Source: an uncultured Alphaproteobacteria bacterium (GTDB lineage: Bacteria; Pseudomonadota; Alphaproteobacteria; Rhizobiales; Methyloligellaceae). Taken from it: 64,000 nucleotides of DNA. The position numbers were made by a program, and so were the translations under genes. Under the pieces are notes generated by a model. It did no database searches and was not told the DNA's origin. It worked only from the letters and a program-made list of their open reading frames with translations. Of the stretch, positions 63,751-64,000 are shown one piece after another. Numbering within the stretch: the first letter of the stretch is position 1; each line of letters opens with the position of its first letter. Location of the stretch: assembly GCA_963727165.1 (NCBI GenBank), contig CAVSFJ010000022.1, forward strand, positions 53,726 to 117,725, read 5' to 3'.

Positions 63751-64000
63751 CTAGAAGCCCATACCGCCCATGCCACCCATGCCGCCCATATCGCCGCCAG
63801 GCATGGCGGGAGCAGCCTTCTTCGGCAGCTCGGCCACCATGGCCTCGGTGGTGATGAGGAGGCCGGCCACGGAAGCGGCGTCCTGGAGCGCGGTGCGCAC
63901 GACCTTGGCCGGGTCGATCACGCCCTGCTTGACCAGGTTGCCGTACTCGCCGGTCGCAGCGTTGTAGCCGAAGTTGTACTCACTCTTGTCGAGGATCTTG
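63751..64000 (-). CDS. groEL: Chaperonin GroEL, C-terminal part
   Basis: [50 protein letters not shown]. Confidence 0.96.
   Translation of the reverse strand, partial: KILDKSEYNFGYNAATGEYGNLVKQGVIDPAKVVRTALQDAASVAGLLITTEAMVAELPKKAAPAMPGGDMGGMGGMGGMGF

Overview
GC-rich alphaproteobacterial chromosomal segment. Gene content and order suggest Hyphomicrobiales, Methyloceanibacter-like; this is inference, not a database result. From left to right: (1) aguA-aguB agmatine/putrescine genes and assorted envelope and hydrolase genes; (2) a ~9.6-20.6 kb block with four FNR/FixK-type boxes, covering DUF3775, BON protein, MBL hydrolase, MgtE, P-type ATPase, nitroreductase, MlaE/F/D-like ABC transporter and phasin, plus a hidden multicopper-oxidase C-terminal remnant; (3) a trehalose/glycogen cluster with all three routes (otsA/otsB, treS-mak, glgX-treZ-malQ-treY) next to udgX; (4) an ~11 kb island (40.1-51.1 kb) with four mosaic YadA-like trimeric autotransporter genes, duplicated leaders carrying perfect CtrA boxes, an AraC+adhesin cassette bracketed by an exact 61-bp direct repeat, a highly structured ~290-nt non-coding element and a secreted partner protein; (5) wrbA, a GNAT gene preceded by a CGA-CGA-CGA leader peptide/attenuator candidate, the MoxR-DUF58-DUF4159 operon, cca, DUF72 and the groEL 3' end. 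Several genes carry single-base frameshifts, and the adhesin repeats are locally garbled. This suggests uncorrected long-read consensus errors, so pseudogene status cannot be decided from this sequence. No rRNA, tRNA, CRISPR array, integrase or transposase was seen.
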